Shown here: one piece after another, positions 40,080 through 49,892 of the stretch
How positions within the stretch are numbered: position 1 is the stretch's first letter
Layout of the letters: every line of letters starts with the position of its first letter
From: an uncultured delta proteobacterium
GTDB taxonomy: Bacteria; Desulfobacterota; Binatia; DP-6
Assembly (NCBI GenBank): GCA_963815115.1
Contig: CAWFFN010000008.1
Location: 640,001-704,000 of the forward strand
Direction of reading: 5' to 3'
DNA: 64,000 nt
Notes under the pieces: generated by a model
Seen by the model: the letters and a program-made list of their open reading frames with translations, nothing else
Database searches by the model: none
Told to the model about the DNA's origin: nothing
Position numbers and translations under genes: made by a program

Positions 40080-40887
40080 AGAAGTCGAAGTCCGACGGGA
40101 AGAAGAAGTCATCGACCGCGAAGACTCCGGCACCCGCGCCGAGGTTGAAGTCGCCGCCGCGATGCACCCCGCCCGGAAGGTTGCTGTTGAGAGACCCTGG
40201 GCCCCCGAAACAGCTGGCGTCGTCGCCAAAGCTCGACGGCCAGGTGGTGCAGCCGTCTGCAAAGTCCCCCCACTCCGCGACCCACTCCGACACGTTCCCC
40301 ACCATGTCGAACGCGCCCCAGCTCGACTTGCAGCTCGACCGCGAACCCGTGTTCACCGCGTCGCCGACGGAGAAGACGTTGCAATCCGTCGTCCCGTTGT
40401 CCGCTTCCCCCGGGTCCGGTCTACCCTGTGCGGCCGCCTGCCACTCGTCGTTTCGCGCGAGCCGCTTGCCGGAGAGCCGACACGCCTGGTTCGCCTGGAA
40501 CCAGGTGATGCACGCGCTCGGGAGCACCCCGGGGATGGAGACGGCGTAGACGCCCGGCGACGGGGGGCTCGATCCCGCGACAGGTGTCCAGTTGCCGGTG
40601 TCCGGGAAGTTGTCTGGGTAGCCCGGCGTGCACGACGATGACGGGCTCAGCTGCGTCGCCCCCCCGCCGGTCAGGCCGGCGAGGGTCGCCTTGCCATCCT
40701 GGATCTTCTTCACGAGCGCCTTGGCGGTTGGCGGAAGCTGCCAGACGCTCGCCTCGTAGAGGTCGATGCAGGCGTTCCCGACCTTCACGGAGTCCCCGGG
40801 GCAGCTGAGCGTCCCGGCTCCCGCGTTCGTGGCGCAGCACAGGGTTGCCACCACGCCCACACGCACCATCGTCAAGAATCGTCGCAT
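40054..40887 (-). CDS. Secreted FGE-sulfatase/SUMF1 (C-type lectin fold) domain protein
   Basis: AGGAGG RBS, signal peptide, IDLYEAS, ACRLSGKRL...EWQAAA, GAFDMVGNVSEWV, RGG...IGFRCAR. Confidence 0.88.
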   Translation of the reverse strand: MRRFLTMVRVGVVATLCCATNAGAGTLSCPGDSVKVGNACIDLYEASVWQLPPTAKALVKKIQDGKATLAGLTGGGATQLSPSSSCTPGYPDNFPDTGNWTPVAGSSPPSPGVYAVSIPGVLPSACITWFQANQACRLSGKRLARNDEWQAAAQGRPDPGEADNGTTDCNVFSVGDAVNTGSRSSCKSSWGAFDMVGNVSEWVAEWGDFADGCTTWPSSFGDDASCFGGPGSLNSNLPGGVHRGGDFNLGAGAGVFAVDDFFFPSDFDFFIGFRCAR

Positions 40888-41178
40888 GGAACGGCCTCCT
40901 TCTTTGGCTGCGGACTCCTGGCTACCGGTCTTCGACGACCCTCCGCGGGCACCTGGTGGCGCGCGCTGGCGCGCGTGGGGCCAGGCCGGCCTCGGCCGGC
41001 AGCTGGACGCTGTCGCGCCCACCCTTCCGGGCCGCGTCGGCATACCGACCATGGCTTCAGCCACGGTTCCTAGCGCGGGAGCCGCATGGACGACACCCCG
41101 TCCCGACGCGGCCATCGGGCCGCTTCGGGTCGCGCCGCGGCTTCGATCAGGTCGCGCGCGCCGAAAGTCGGAACGTCG

Positions 41179-41484
41179 CTAGTCGATCGCGACGAGGACG
41201 TCGCCGCCCTCGACCTTCACGTCGTAGCGCGCGACCTTCAGGTCGTCGGTGATGCTCTCGCCCGTGCGCACGTCGTACTGCCAGGCGTGCCACGGGCAGG
41301 TGACGATGCAGCCCTCGAGGTCGCCCTCGCCGAGCGGGCCGCCGCGATGCGGGCACTCGTTGTCGAGCGCGTAGAACGTCCCGTCGACGTTGAAGAGCGC
41401 GATCTCCTTGCCTCCCACGGTCACGAGCTGGCCCGTCCCGGGCGCAACATCCGAGGCCGCGGTGGCCTTCGAGAACGTCGGCAT
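41179..41484 (-). CDS. Rieske [2Fe-2S] ferredoxin
   Basis: Motifs CPHRGGPL and CPWH. Confidence 0.92.
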   Translation of the reverse strand: MPTFSKATAASDVAPGTGQLVTVGGKEIALFNVDGTFYALDNECPHRGGPLGEGDLEGCIVTCPWHAWQYDVRTGESITDDLKVARYDVKVEGGDVLVAID

Positions 41485-41515
41485 GGCGGGCTTCTGGCAC
41501 GCGCCCCGCGGACCG

Positions 41516-42220
41516 TCAAGCCGCGAGCGCGACGGCGACGGCGGGCAGCGCCGCCACGCGCTCGAGCCAGCGCGCCACCCCCGGCTGCGCGTCGAGCAGG
41601 GGCGCCTCGACGAAGCGGCGCAACGGCGCGAGCTGGGCGAACACGGCGACGTCCGCCACGGTGAGGGTGCGTCCGAGCAGGAAGGCGCGCTCCTGGAGCA
41701 GCGCGGCCAGGGTGCAGAGCTGCCCCACGAGGCGTTCCTCGAAGTGACCGAGACTGGCGGCCGAGTAGCCCGCCGCCCGGTAGCGCAGTCGGAAGCGCGC
41801 GCCGAGCGCCCAGCGCACGATCGGACCGCCGCCGAGCTCGCGCGCCGTCGCGCCAAGGGCGACCTCGCGATTGTCGGGGTTGAGCCAGCGGAACGCTCCC
41901 ATCACGAAGGCGAGCGACCCGTCGGCCCAGTCCTCGACCAGGTCGCAGTACGCCCGCGCCGCCGGCTCCTCGGGGAGGAGCGGCGGATCGGGGAAGCGCT
42001 CCTCGAGGTAGCGCAGGATCACCGTCGAGTCCGCGAGCACGCGGCCGTCGTGCTCGAGCACCGGGACGTGACCCAGGGGGTTCAGCGCCCGGAGCCGGCC
42101 CAGCCCGCGCACCGTGACGGTCATGCGCCGGAACGCGACGCCCTTCAGCGTGAGGCAGATGCGCGCCTTGGTGCAGGAGGGCGAGTCGGTCAGGTCGTGG
42201 AGGAGGGTCTCGGCGGGCAT
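41516..42220 (-). CDS. Glutathione S-transferase family protein
   Basis: Motifs SPSC, NPLGHVPVL, DSTVILRYLE, FLLG...TVADVAVF. Confidence 0.88.
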   Translation of the reverse strand: MPAETLLHDLTDSPSCTKARICLTLKGVAFRRMTVTVRGLGRLRALNPLGHVPVLEHDGRVLADSTVILRYLEERFPDPPLLPEEPAARAYCDLVEDWADGSLAFVMGAFRWLNPDNREVALGATARELGGGPIVRWALGARFRLRYRAAGYSAASLGHFEERLVGQLCTLAALLQERAFLLGRTLTVADVAVFAQLAPLRRFVEAPLLDAQPGVARWLERVAALPAVAVALAA

Positions 42221-42238
42221 GGAGGGCCGGGCCGACGT

Positions 42239-43375
42239 TCAGGATCGGAGCGCGCCGCGCAGCTCGCGAGCCAGCACCTCGACCGTGCCGCGGGTGCCGC
42301 CGGCGAGCTTCTGGCGCCACTCGCCCTCGGTCTCGAAGCGCTGGTCGCCGATCAGCTCGCCCCACGGGGCGATGGCACGCGCGATGGCGTGGGCGTCGAG
42401 GACGTCGTCGCCCGCCTCGCGGATGGCGCGCAGCACGGCGGGCACCACGGCGAGGAACGCGCGCAGCGCCGTGGCGGTCTTGATGCTGTACTTCCGGCCC
42501 GCCCAGGCACGCGGGAAGACCCGTGCGATCTGCTTGAAGTAGTTCAGGAAGAAGCGCGGCGCGGCCTCGCGGAAGCGTTCCGACTGGGCGCCGCCGAGGG
42601 CTTCGAGGCCGGTGAAGATGCCCTTCAGCTCGTCGGCCAGCGGGGCCTGCGCGACACGGCCGTGGCCGACCCCGAAGAGCCTGATCTCCCCGTGCAAGGG
42701 CGACTCGGCGTTCTCGTTCAGCGTGCGGATGATGTCATGGCTGGCCGCGAGCGCCTTGTCCGGATAGAGCCGGCGACCGGCCAGGCTGATCAGGTGGGAA
42801 GGGTTCAGCTTGGTGTGCTTGGCGTTGATGGTGACGAACAGCTCGACCACCTGGTCGGGGGCGAGCGAGTCGAAGATCACCGCCGGGACCTGCACGTCGG
42901 TGGCGCGATCGTCGGCCACCATCTGGTGCATCGCGAGCAGGCGATGCTGCCCGTCGAGGGCGCGCAGCATCCCTCCCTCGGTCGGGATCTGGAGGACGCC
43001 GAGGACCCGGTGGCTGCTCGTCGGCGTGAATTCGAGCCGGCGGTCGGAGACCAGGAGCACCGCGCCCGGCACCGCCGGCAGGTTCCCGGTCTCGGAGCAC
43101 TGGATGTAGTAGTCGACCAGCTCGGCGATCTTCTTGCGGATCACCGGCCGCTGGTACGCCTCCGAGCTCTCGGCGATGCGGCGCTCGAGCAGCTCCCAGT
43201 TGACCCGCGACGGCTTCGCCTTGCGCCCCTTGCCGCGCGGCGGGGCCGGCGGCCCGCCGCCGTCGTAGGACAGCACCTCGAAGCGCACCAGCCGGTCGAC
43301 GTCACGAGCCCCCAGGATCGCCTGGTAGAGCGTGACCCCGAACTGCTTCAGCCGCATCGCCGGGACCGTGATCAT
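42239..43375 (-). CDS. DGQHR domain protein (DndB/ParB-like NTPase superfamily)
   Basis: Motifs YQRP, LDGQHRL, FVTINAK. ATG overlaps the upstream stop. Confidence 0.9.
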   Translation of the reverse strand: MITVPAMRLKQFGVTLYQAILGARDVDRLVRFEVLSYDGGGPPAPPRGKGRKAKPSRVNWELLERRIAESSEAYQRPVIRKKIAELVDYYIQCSETGNLPAVPGAVLLVSDRRLEFTPTSSHRVLGVLQIPTEGGMLRALDGQHRLLAMHQMVADDRATDVQVPAVIFDSLAPDQVVELFVTINAKHTKLNPSHLISLAGRRLYPDKALAASHDIIRTLNENAESPLHGEIRLFGVGHGRVAQAPLADELKGIFTGLEALGGAQSERFREAAPRFFLNYFKQIARVFPRAWAGRKYSIKTATALRAFLAVVPAVLRAIREAGDDVLDAHAIARAIAPWGELIGDQRFETEGEWRQKLAGGTRGTVEVLARELRGALRS

Positions 43376-43587
43376 GCCATTCCCTCGCTTGCGTAGGCTT
43401 CCAGCTCTTCCAGCTTCCGGAGTCGGACCAGCCACACCTCGCGCTCGGCCATCGGCGCCGTCGCCACCTCGACCCGTGCCGCGGCCACCGATGCCGCGAT
43501 GATGTGAAGACAACGGGCGTGGCAGCGTCGGCTCTCGCGCTGCCGGCGCAACCGGATCACTTCGGCGAACCTGACGACCTCTCCCAC
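43372..43587 (-). CDS. Small helical hypothetical protein coupled to the DGQHR gene
   Basis: (M)GEVVRFAEVIRLRR...LRKLEELEAYASEGMA*. ATGA overlap. Start approximate. Confidence 0.6.
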   Translation of the reverse strand: MGEVVRFAEVIRLRRQRESRRCHARCLHIIAASVAAARVEVATAPMAEREVWLVRLRKLEELEAYASEGMA

Positions 43588-43699
43588 GGCGTCGGGGCAC
43601 CGTAGCACGCGGCGGAACGGGAGTCAGCATGCAGCGAAGTCCGCGCTCGGGTTTGCCACCAGCCGGGCCGGCGGCTAGGAGGTCGCCAGGAGGTCGAAC

Positions 43700-44371
43700 G
43701 TGCGCCTGGTCTGCTTCGGCGACATCCACATGGCGTTCCGCGCCATCGAGCGGGTCGGCCCCGCTCTCCGCACCGCCGACATCGCGGTGCTCACCGGCGA
43801 CCTCACCAACTTCGGCGAGCCCGACGACGCGTGGCGCGTGGTCGACGCCGTGCGGGCGCACTGTCCCGAGGTGTGGGCGGTCACCGGCAACCTCGACATG
43901 CTGTGGGTGATCGACGCGCTCCGGACGCAGGGCGTCTCGCTGCACGGCGAGGGGCGTCGGCTGGGCGACCTCGGCGTCTTCGGCTGTGGCGGCTCGAACA
44001 TCACCCCGATGGACACGCCGACCGAGTTCGAGGAGGACGAGCTGCTCGCCGTCCTGGAGCGCGGCCACGCCGCCGTCGCCGATGCCCCCCGGCGGCTGAT
44101 GATCTGCCACACGCCGCCTTACGACACCCGGCTCGATCGCCTGATGAACGGCACGCCCGTCGGAAGCCCCGCCGTGCGCCGCTTCATCGAGACGCGCCGC
44201 CCGCAGGTCTGCGTCGTGGGACACATCCACGAGGGCCGCGGCGTGGACACGGTGGGCGACACGCTGGTGCTGAACGCCGGCGCCCTGCGCGACGGCGGCT
44301 ACGTGGTCGTGGAGGACGACGGCCGCGCGCTCTCGGCCGAGCTGCGCCACGTCCGCGACCTGGCGAGCTGA
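43700..44371 (+). CDS. Calcineurin-like metallophosphoesterase
   Basis: Motifs GDIH, TGDL, GNLD, HTPP, GHIHE. AGGAGG RBS. Confidence 0.9.
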   Translation: MRLVCFGDIHMAFRAIERVGPALRTADIAVLTGDLTNFGEPDDAWRVVDAVRAHCPEVWAVTGNLDMLWVIDALRTQGVSLHGEGRRLGDLGVFGCGGSNITPMDTPTEFEEDELLAVLERGHAAVADAPRRLMICHTPPYDTRLDRLMNGTPVGSPAVRRFIETRRPQVCVVGHIHEGRGVDTVGDTLVLNAGALRDGGYVVVEDDGRALSAELRHVRDLAS

Positions 44372-44382
44372 CCCGCGCTCCC

Positions 44383-45102
44383 ATGGCGCTGCGGGCCGTC
44401 ACGCTCGATGCCGCCGGGACGCTCATCGCCGTCGCCGAGCCCGTGGGCGAGACCTACGCCCGGACGGCCAGGCGGCACGGGCTGCGCGTCGACCCCGCGG
44501 AAGCCGAGGAGGGTTTCCGGCGGGCGTTCGCCGTCGCGCCGCCGCTGGCCTTCCCCGGGGCCAGCCCGACGCGCCTGGACGCGCACGAGCGCGCCTGGTG
44601 GTACACCATCGTGCGGCAGGCGCTCGGCGCGACGGCGCGCGGTGCGAGCCTCGACGCCTGCTTCGAGGAGCTCTACGCGCACTACGCCACCGCGGCCGCC
44701 TGGCGCGTCCTTCCCGAGGTGCCCGGCGTGCTCGCCGGCCTCCGCGCCCGCGGCCTTCGCCTGGCCGTGCTGTCGAACTTCGACGGCCGCCTGGGCGGAG
44801 TGCTCGACTCCCTCGGCCTGCGCCCGCTGGTGGATGCGGTGATCGTCTCGTCGCGTGTCGGCAGCGCCAAGCCGGATCCTGCGATATTCCACGCCGCCCT
44901 GGCGGCGCTCGACGTCCGGGCCGCCGAGACGCTCCACGCCGGCGACGAGCCGGTCGAGGACGCGCTCGGCGCCCACGGCGCGGGCCTCCGTGCGGCCCTC
45001 GTCGGCGGGGGACACCCGACCCGGCCGCTTCCACCCCGCGTCGTCATGCTCGCATCGCTCGCCGACCTGCCCGCTCTCGTCGACGCCGAGACGCTGGCCT
45101 GA
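44383..45102 (+). CDS. HAD-superfamily hydrolase (HDHD3/REG-2-like)
   Basis: Motifs LDAAGTL, SNFD, KPDPAIF, GD...D. Confidence 0.88.
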   Translation: MALRAVTLDAAGTLIAVAEPVGETYARTARRHGLRVDPAEAEEGFRRAFAVAPPLAFPGASPTRLDAHERAWWYTIVRQALGATARGASLDACFEELYAHYATAAAWRVLPEVPGVLAGLRARGLRLAVLSNFDGRLGGVLDSLGLRPLVDAVIVSSRVGSAKPDPAIFHAALAALDVRAAETLHAGDEPVEDALGAHGAGLRAALVGGGHPTRPLPPRVVMLASLADLPALVDAETLA

Positions 45103-45149
45103 CGGCCGCGTCCGGAACCGGACGGCGGGGAGGTCGCAGCCCGGCCGCG

Positions 45150-46319
45150 TCAGCGCTGGCCGGCCACCGCGCGCGCGGATCGTACCCGGCTCGCCAGCCA
45201 CGCGAGCCAGCCCGCCGAGGCCACCTCGCCGTCCGCCACCAGCGTCACGCTGCCGAAACGCTCGGCGCCGCGCCGGACGATCACCTTGCCGACCCGCTGC
45301 CGCCGGGTGACCGGCGCGGGGATCCGGCGCGGCAGCCTGGTCTCGACCACCACGTCGCTCACCGGGACGACCAGCCGCAGATCGTCGCGGGCGACGGCGG
45401 TGACGCTCGCCGCCGTGCCACCGTCGACGGTGACGGCGGCCACCGGCGTCCCGGCCGTCGCCGCCCGCAGGACCCGGTTGCCGGCATAGGCGTCGTCGAG
45501 CAGGCGCGCCGCGGCCTCGAACGACGCCTGCCGCGACGGCAGGCCGAGCACGACGGCCACCAGCGAGAGATCGCCGCGCGTCGCGCTCGCGGTGAGCGAG
45601 AACCCGGCCGACCAGGTGTGGCCGGTCTTGAGGCCGGTCGCTCCCGGCAAGGTGTGGAGCAGCTGGTTCGTGTTCTTCACCACGAAGGTCCCGTTGCGGA
45701 ACCACGCCTGCGTCGTGCCGGCCCAGCGCATCGCGTCCGGGAACCGCATCAGCTCGCGCGCGAGGCGGGCGAGATCGTGCGCGGTCGTCATGTCGGGCGG
45801 CTGTCCCGGCGGCGGCGGCAGGCCGTTCGGGCTGTGGAAGTCCGTGCCGGTGAGCCCGAGCGCGCGGGCCCGGGCGTTCATGCGCTCGACGAACGCCTCG
45901 ACCGAGCCCGCGAGGTGCTCGGCGATGGCGACCGCGGCGTCGTTGGCGGACGGGATCATCGCCGCGGAGAGCAGCTCGCCGAGCGTCATCGTCTCGCCCT
46001 GGGCGAGGAAGATCTGCGAGCCGCCGGTCTTCGCCGCCCGTGCCGACGCCTGCACGGGCTCGGCGAGGGTGTGCCGCGCGTCGCGGACGTCCTCGAGGGC
46101 CAGCAGCACCGTCATCATCTTGGTCATCGACGCCGGCGGCCAGGGCTTGTCGATCTGCGTTCCCGCCAGCTCCATCCCGGTGTCGGCGACCTCCACCACC
46201 GAGGCGACCGGCTCCGCGGGCGGGGCGGGCATCTTCCTCGGTGGCAGCGTCCTCGGGGCGGCCGTGACCGTCGTGCCGACGGCCAGGAGCGCGAGTGCCG
46301 CGCCGATCGTCCTCCGCAT
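45150..46319 (-). CDS. dacA: D-alanyl-D-alanine carboxypeptidase (peptidase S11)
   Basis: Signal peptide, SMTK (SxxK), SAN, KTG. Confidence 0.9.
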   Translation of the reverse strand: MRRTIGAALALLAVGTTVTAAPRTLPPRKMPAPPAEPVASVVEVADTGMELAGTQIDKPWPPASMTKMMTVLLALEDVRDARHTLAEPVQASARAAKTGGSQIFLAQGETMTLGELLSAAMIPSANDAAVAIAEHLAGSVEAFVERMNARARALGLTGTDFHSPNGLPPPPGQPPDMTTAHDLARLARELMRFPDAMRWAGTTQAWFRNGTFVVKNTNQLLHTLPGATGLKTGHTWSAGFSLTASATRGDLSLVAVVLGLPSRQASFEAAARLLDDAYAGNRVLRAATAGTPVAAVTVDGGTAASVTAVARDDLRLVVPVSDVVVETRLPRRIPAPVTRRQRVGKVIVRRGAERFGSVTLVADGEVASAGWLAWLASRVRSARAVAGQR

Positions 46320-46383
46320 CCTCCCTCGAGCCTCCCCGCAGATTCCACCGGCGCCGCGTCGGTTCACGGCGGCGCTCTGTCCG

Positions 46384-46830
46384 CTAGCGCTGCGGCGCCA
46401 GCGCCGAGAGCGCATCCTCGCGCCGGATGAGCTGATCGACCTCGGCGCGGATCACCTTGCCCGGCTCCTCGAGCTCGCCGTCGAGCAGCAGGCCGCCGAT
46501 CTCGCCCGTGCTGCGGAGAAAGGCGGCGAGCTTGTCGCGCGTGAGGCGCTGCGGCACGTAGTCGCGGCCCCCGACGAGCGTCTGCCACGCGGTCCCCACC
46601 GCCGCCTCGCTGGTCCACACGAAGAGCGTCCAGCCCCAGTCCCAGCGACCGCCCAGGTATTCTGCCGCGCCGCGGCGTCCCGGCGGACGCCAGAAGAGCA
46701 GGTACTCGCGCGCACCGGCCAGCGCCTGTCGGGCGGTGACGAAGCGGAGGGGCGCGGGAAGCTGTCCAACCCGGCCACGGCGACGCGCGGTGAAGTCGAC
46801 CTCGATGACCTTGCTCCGCGCCGGCTGCAA
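46384..46830 (-). CDS. Hypothetical protein
   Basis: Protein-like stretch VIEVDF...GGLLLDGELEEPGKVIRAE. Start uncertain (TTG). Confidence 0.55.
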   Translation of the reverse strand: MQPARSKVIEVDFTARRRGRVGQLPAPLRFVTARQALAGAREYLLFWRPPGRRGAAEYLGGRWDWGWTLFVWTSEAAVGTAWQTLVGGRDYVPQRLTRDKLAAFLRSTGEIGGLLLDGELEEPGKVIRAEVDQLIRREDALSALAPQR

Positions 46831-46889
46831 CTTGCAGCGGAAGCTAGCAGCGGCCCACCTGGACGTCAACGAGACGCGCCGCGCGCGTT

Positions 46890-47255
46890 TCAGTTTCCGC
46901 CGTAGCGCGTGTCGGCCTGGAGCACGAGGTGCTCGAGCAGCTTCTGCTCCGCCTGGCGCATGGCGATCACGCGCAGCATCTCCTGCGTCTGCTGGGCGAG
47001 CGGTATCGACGCCACGACGCCGGCCAGCTCGGCCGTCGAGAGCTTGTCGATCGATTCCTTCATCTGATCGAGCACGGGTCGGGGGAGCTCGCGTATCTCC
47101 ACCGATCCCGCCAGCTCGAGCGCCTTGTCGAAGCGCTCCGCGAAGCGCGCTCGCGCCTCCGCGCGCTCCTCGGGCGTCGACGGGATCTTCAGCTTGACGG
47201 CGGCCGAGTCGTAGAGCTCGTCGAAGGCGGCGAGGATGGCGTCGCGTGCCGACAT
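46890..47255 (-). CDS. Hypothetical helical protein
   Basis: 121-aa ORF with typical codon usage and amphipathic helices. Confidence 0.7.
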   Translation of the reverse strand: MSARDAILAAFDELYDSAAVKLKIPSTPEERAEARARFAERFDKALELAGSVEIRELPRPVLDQMKESIDKLSTAELAGVVASIPLAQQTQEMLRVIAMRQAEQKLLEHLVLQADTRYGGN

Positions 47256-47346
47256 GGGCCTTCACGTATACACGATCGGGGCGCATGCCAACCCCGCCGC
47301 CGAACGCGCGCTTGCGCCGCGCGCGGTCACCTTGCTACCAGCGCGC

Positions 47347-49095
47347 ATGGCAGACGGGACCCGCAGCATGGGCGATTCCATCGGACGGCCGTTGCCCGCA
47401 CGCGACGCGACCCGCGTCGACGGCGGCGCGCTGGTCGGCCGCATCCTCGGCGAGCAGGGCATTCGCTACTGCTTCACCATCAACGGCGGCCACATCTGGC
47501 CGATCCTGAGCCATCTCCGCGAGAACGGCGTGGAGATGATCCACATGCGCCACGAGCAGTCGTGCGCCTACGCCGCCGACGCCTGGGCACGCACCACCGG
47601 CGAGATCGGCGTGCTCGCGGTGACGGCCGGCTGCGGCCTGACCAACGCGGTCACCGGGCTGTGCGTCGCCGGGCTGGTCGGCAGCCCGGTCGTCTGCCTC
47701 GCCGGACAGCATCCCACCACCGAGGACTACCTGGGCTCGTTCCAGGAGGCCTACGGCTCCGACATCTGCCGCAGCTTCTCGAAGTTCACCAAGCGCGTGC
47801 TCGACTGGTCGACGATCGAGGTCGACCTCCGCATGGCGTTCCGCGAGGCGATGGGACCGCCGCCCGGCCCCGCGCTGCTGGAGATTCCGACCAACATCCT
47901 CTACCAGCAGGACGACGTCGCCCGGCAGCGGCGCGGCGCGCGCATCTACCCGCCCGAGGCGCTGCGCGGCGCCGCCGATGCCGCGGTGGTCGAGCGGGTG
48001 CTGGAGGCGGTGGCGCGCGCCGAGCAGCCGCTCATCGTCGCCGGCGACGGCGTCTTCTGGTCCGACGCGGCGGCCGAGCTGCGCGCCTTCGCGACCCGCA
48101 TGCAGATCCCCGTGTACACGCGGCGTGCGGCGCAGGGCGCCGTGCCGGAGGACGACGCGCTCGCGGTGCGCGGGGCGTGGAAGAAGCCGTTCACCGGCCG
48201 CGCCGACCTGATCCTGGCCGTCGGCTTCCGCTTCTGGAGCGGCGAGCACTTCGGCGAGCCGCCGACCTGGAACGCCGACGCCACCTACGTGCAGATCGAC
48301 GCCACCCCGTCACGGGTCGGCTGGCACGTCCCCGCCGACATCCCCGTGGTGGGCGACCCGAAGCTGGTGCTCGGACAGCTCACCGCCCGGGCCGAGGCGC
48401 TCGGCCTGGACGGGGAGCGGCGGCGCGGCGGCACGTGGCTCGCGGAGGTGGCCCGCGTGCGGGCCGAGTTCGACCGCGCGCTCGTGGCCCAGGCCGACGA
48501 GGTGCACGCCGCGCACCCGATCCACCCTGCCCGGCTGGTGCGCGAGCTGCTGGAGGTGATGGACCGCGACGCCACGATCGTGGTCGACAGCTTCACGCTC
48601 TCGGGCTGGCTGTCGCAGTGGCTCACGGTGCGCTTCCCGGGCCAGGTGGTCGACGCCGGCCCGCTGGCACCCGTCGGGCACGGCATCGGCATGGCCATCG
48701 GCGCGCAGCTCGCGCGGCCCGGCAAGCAGGTGATCGTCGTCATCGGCGACGGCGGCCTCGGCATCGGCGGCATGGAGATCGAGACCGCCCTCAAACACCG
48801 GCTGCCGGTCTGCACGCTGGTGTGGAACAACAGCTCGTGGGGACCGAGCTTCGATCAGATGCCGATGCTGCGCGGACGCGTGGATCCCTTCGATATGCTG
48901 CCTGACCTCCGCTACGATCGCATGTTCGAGGCGATCGGCTGTCACGGCGAGCAGGTGGCGGCCGCGGACCAGATCCGTCCCGCGCTGGAGCGGGCGCTGG
49001 CGGCGGGAAAGGCGTCGGTGGTCAACGTGATCGGCGATCCGCGCGTCGGCCACGCGCGCCTCGGCGGCAATCTCCTGGGATCGACCAAGGTGTGA
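47347..49095 (+). CDS. Thiamine-diphosphate-dependent enzyme (ALS/2-hydroxyacyl-CoA lyase-like)
   Basis: Motifs RHEQ, GDGGLG...WNN. Start could be 47347 or 47368. Confidence 0.9.
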   Translation: MADGTRSMGDSIGRPLPARDATRVDGGALVGRILGEQGIRYCFTINGGHIWPILSHLRENGVEMIHMRHEQSCAYAADAWARTTGEIGVLAVTAGCGLTNAVTGLCVAGLVGSPVVCLAGQHPTTEDYLGSFQEAYGSDICRSFSKFTKRVLDWSTIEVDLRMAFREAMGPPPGPALLEIPTNILYQQDDVARQRRGARIYPPEALRGAADAAVVERVLEAVARAEQPLIVAGDGVFWSDAAAELRAFATRMQIPVYTRRAAQGAVPEDDALAVRGAWKKPFTGRADLILAVGFRFWSGEHFGEPPTWNADATYVQIDATPSRVGWHVPADIPVVGDPKLVLGQLTARAEALGLDGERRRGGTWLAEVARVRAEFDRALVAQADEVHAAHPIHPARLVRELLEVMDRDATIVVDSFTLSGWLSQWLTVRFPGQVVDAGPLAPVGHGIGMAIGAQLARPGKQVIVVIGDGGLGIGGMEIETALKHRLPVCTLVWNNSSWGPSFDQMPMLRGRVDPFDMLPDLRYDRMFEAIGCHGEQVAAADQIRPALERALAAGKASVVNVIGDPRVGHARLGGNLLGSTKV

Positions 49096-49157
49096 TGCCG
49101 CGCGGACGATCGATGGCGCATCCGGCGGGCTCGATGGCCCTGCTCGAGAGCTCCCGC

Positions 49158-49589
49158 CTACTTGCCGGGCAGCGTGCTCAGGGGGAGTCCGAGGCGTGCG
49201 GCCGCGTCTCGCACGCGGAAGTCGTTGGAACAGAGAGGCCACGATTGGCATCGTTCCGCGGAGGCCAGATGGATGGCGTCGAGCGATCGCAGGGCGACCG
49301 CCGGGTGACAGGCCTGCAGGATGCCGTTGGCCCTGCGGAGGATCTCGACGCCGAGGGGCACGAGGTTCAGACGACGCGCCGCGATGTCGTCCTCGACCTG
49401 CTTCCACGCCTTCCTCCGATGCGAGGCGCCGAGCGCTCCTTCGCGCTCCTTGCGAAGGAGGGCGGAGAAGCACTCGGTCATGATCAGCTGGGACGACCAG
49501 ACGACCTGTCCCTCGACGAGGCCGACATAGAAGCCGCTGTCGGGCTCGCGCACCAGCAGCTTCACGAGGATCGCCGTGTCCACGTACAC
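49158..49589 (-). CDS. vapC: PIN-domain toxin
   Basis: Motifs YVDTAILVK, TE, LRSLDAIHLASA, SND. Confidence 0.88.
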   Translation of the reverse strand: MYVDTAILVKLLVREPDSGFYVGLVEGQVVWSSQLIMTECFSALLRKEREGALGASHRRKAWKQVEDDIAARRLNLVPLGVEILRRANGILQACHPAVALRSLDAIHLASAERCQSWPLCSNDFRVRDAAARLGLPLSTLPGK

Positions 49590-49595
49590 GGGCGG

Positions 49596-49835
49596 TCAAT
49601 CGCGGGCGTCCCGATCCTCGCGCACGATCGTCTCGGCACGTCGCGCATGCTTCCCGGGTCGAACACCCAGTCGGAGCAGCCGCCGGTTGACGCGAAACGT
49701 GGCGGCGGCAGCATCAACACCGATGAGCTTGGCCTTCGGACGGCCATCACACGTGATCACGATCTCTTCTCCGGCGGCGGCGCGGTCGAGCAACTCGGAC
49801 AGGCGGGCCTTGGCGGTGCGCACCGTGGCGATCAT
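49596..49835 (-). CDS. Phd/YefM family antitoxin
   Basis: AKARLSELLDRAAAGEEIVIT..GRPKAKL...EDRDARD. Confidence 0.88.
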   Translation of the reverse strand: MIATVRTAKARLSELLDRAAAGEEIVITCDGRPKAKLIGVDAAAATFRVNRRLLRLGVRPGKHARRAETIVREDRDARD

Positions 49836-49892
49836 GGCCCCACTGTAGCCACCGGTGACTACGGCCGCAAGCGAGCACGTGAGGCCGAGCGC

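Noticed and set aside
42239-43375. Complete Dnd phosphorothioation or Dpd system
   Set aside because: No dndA/C/D/E, ssp or dpdA/C genes were seen in the window.
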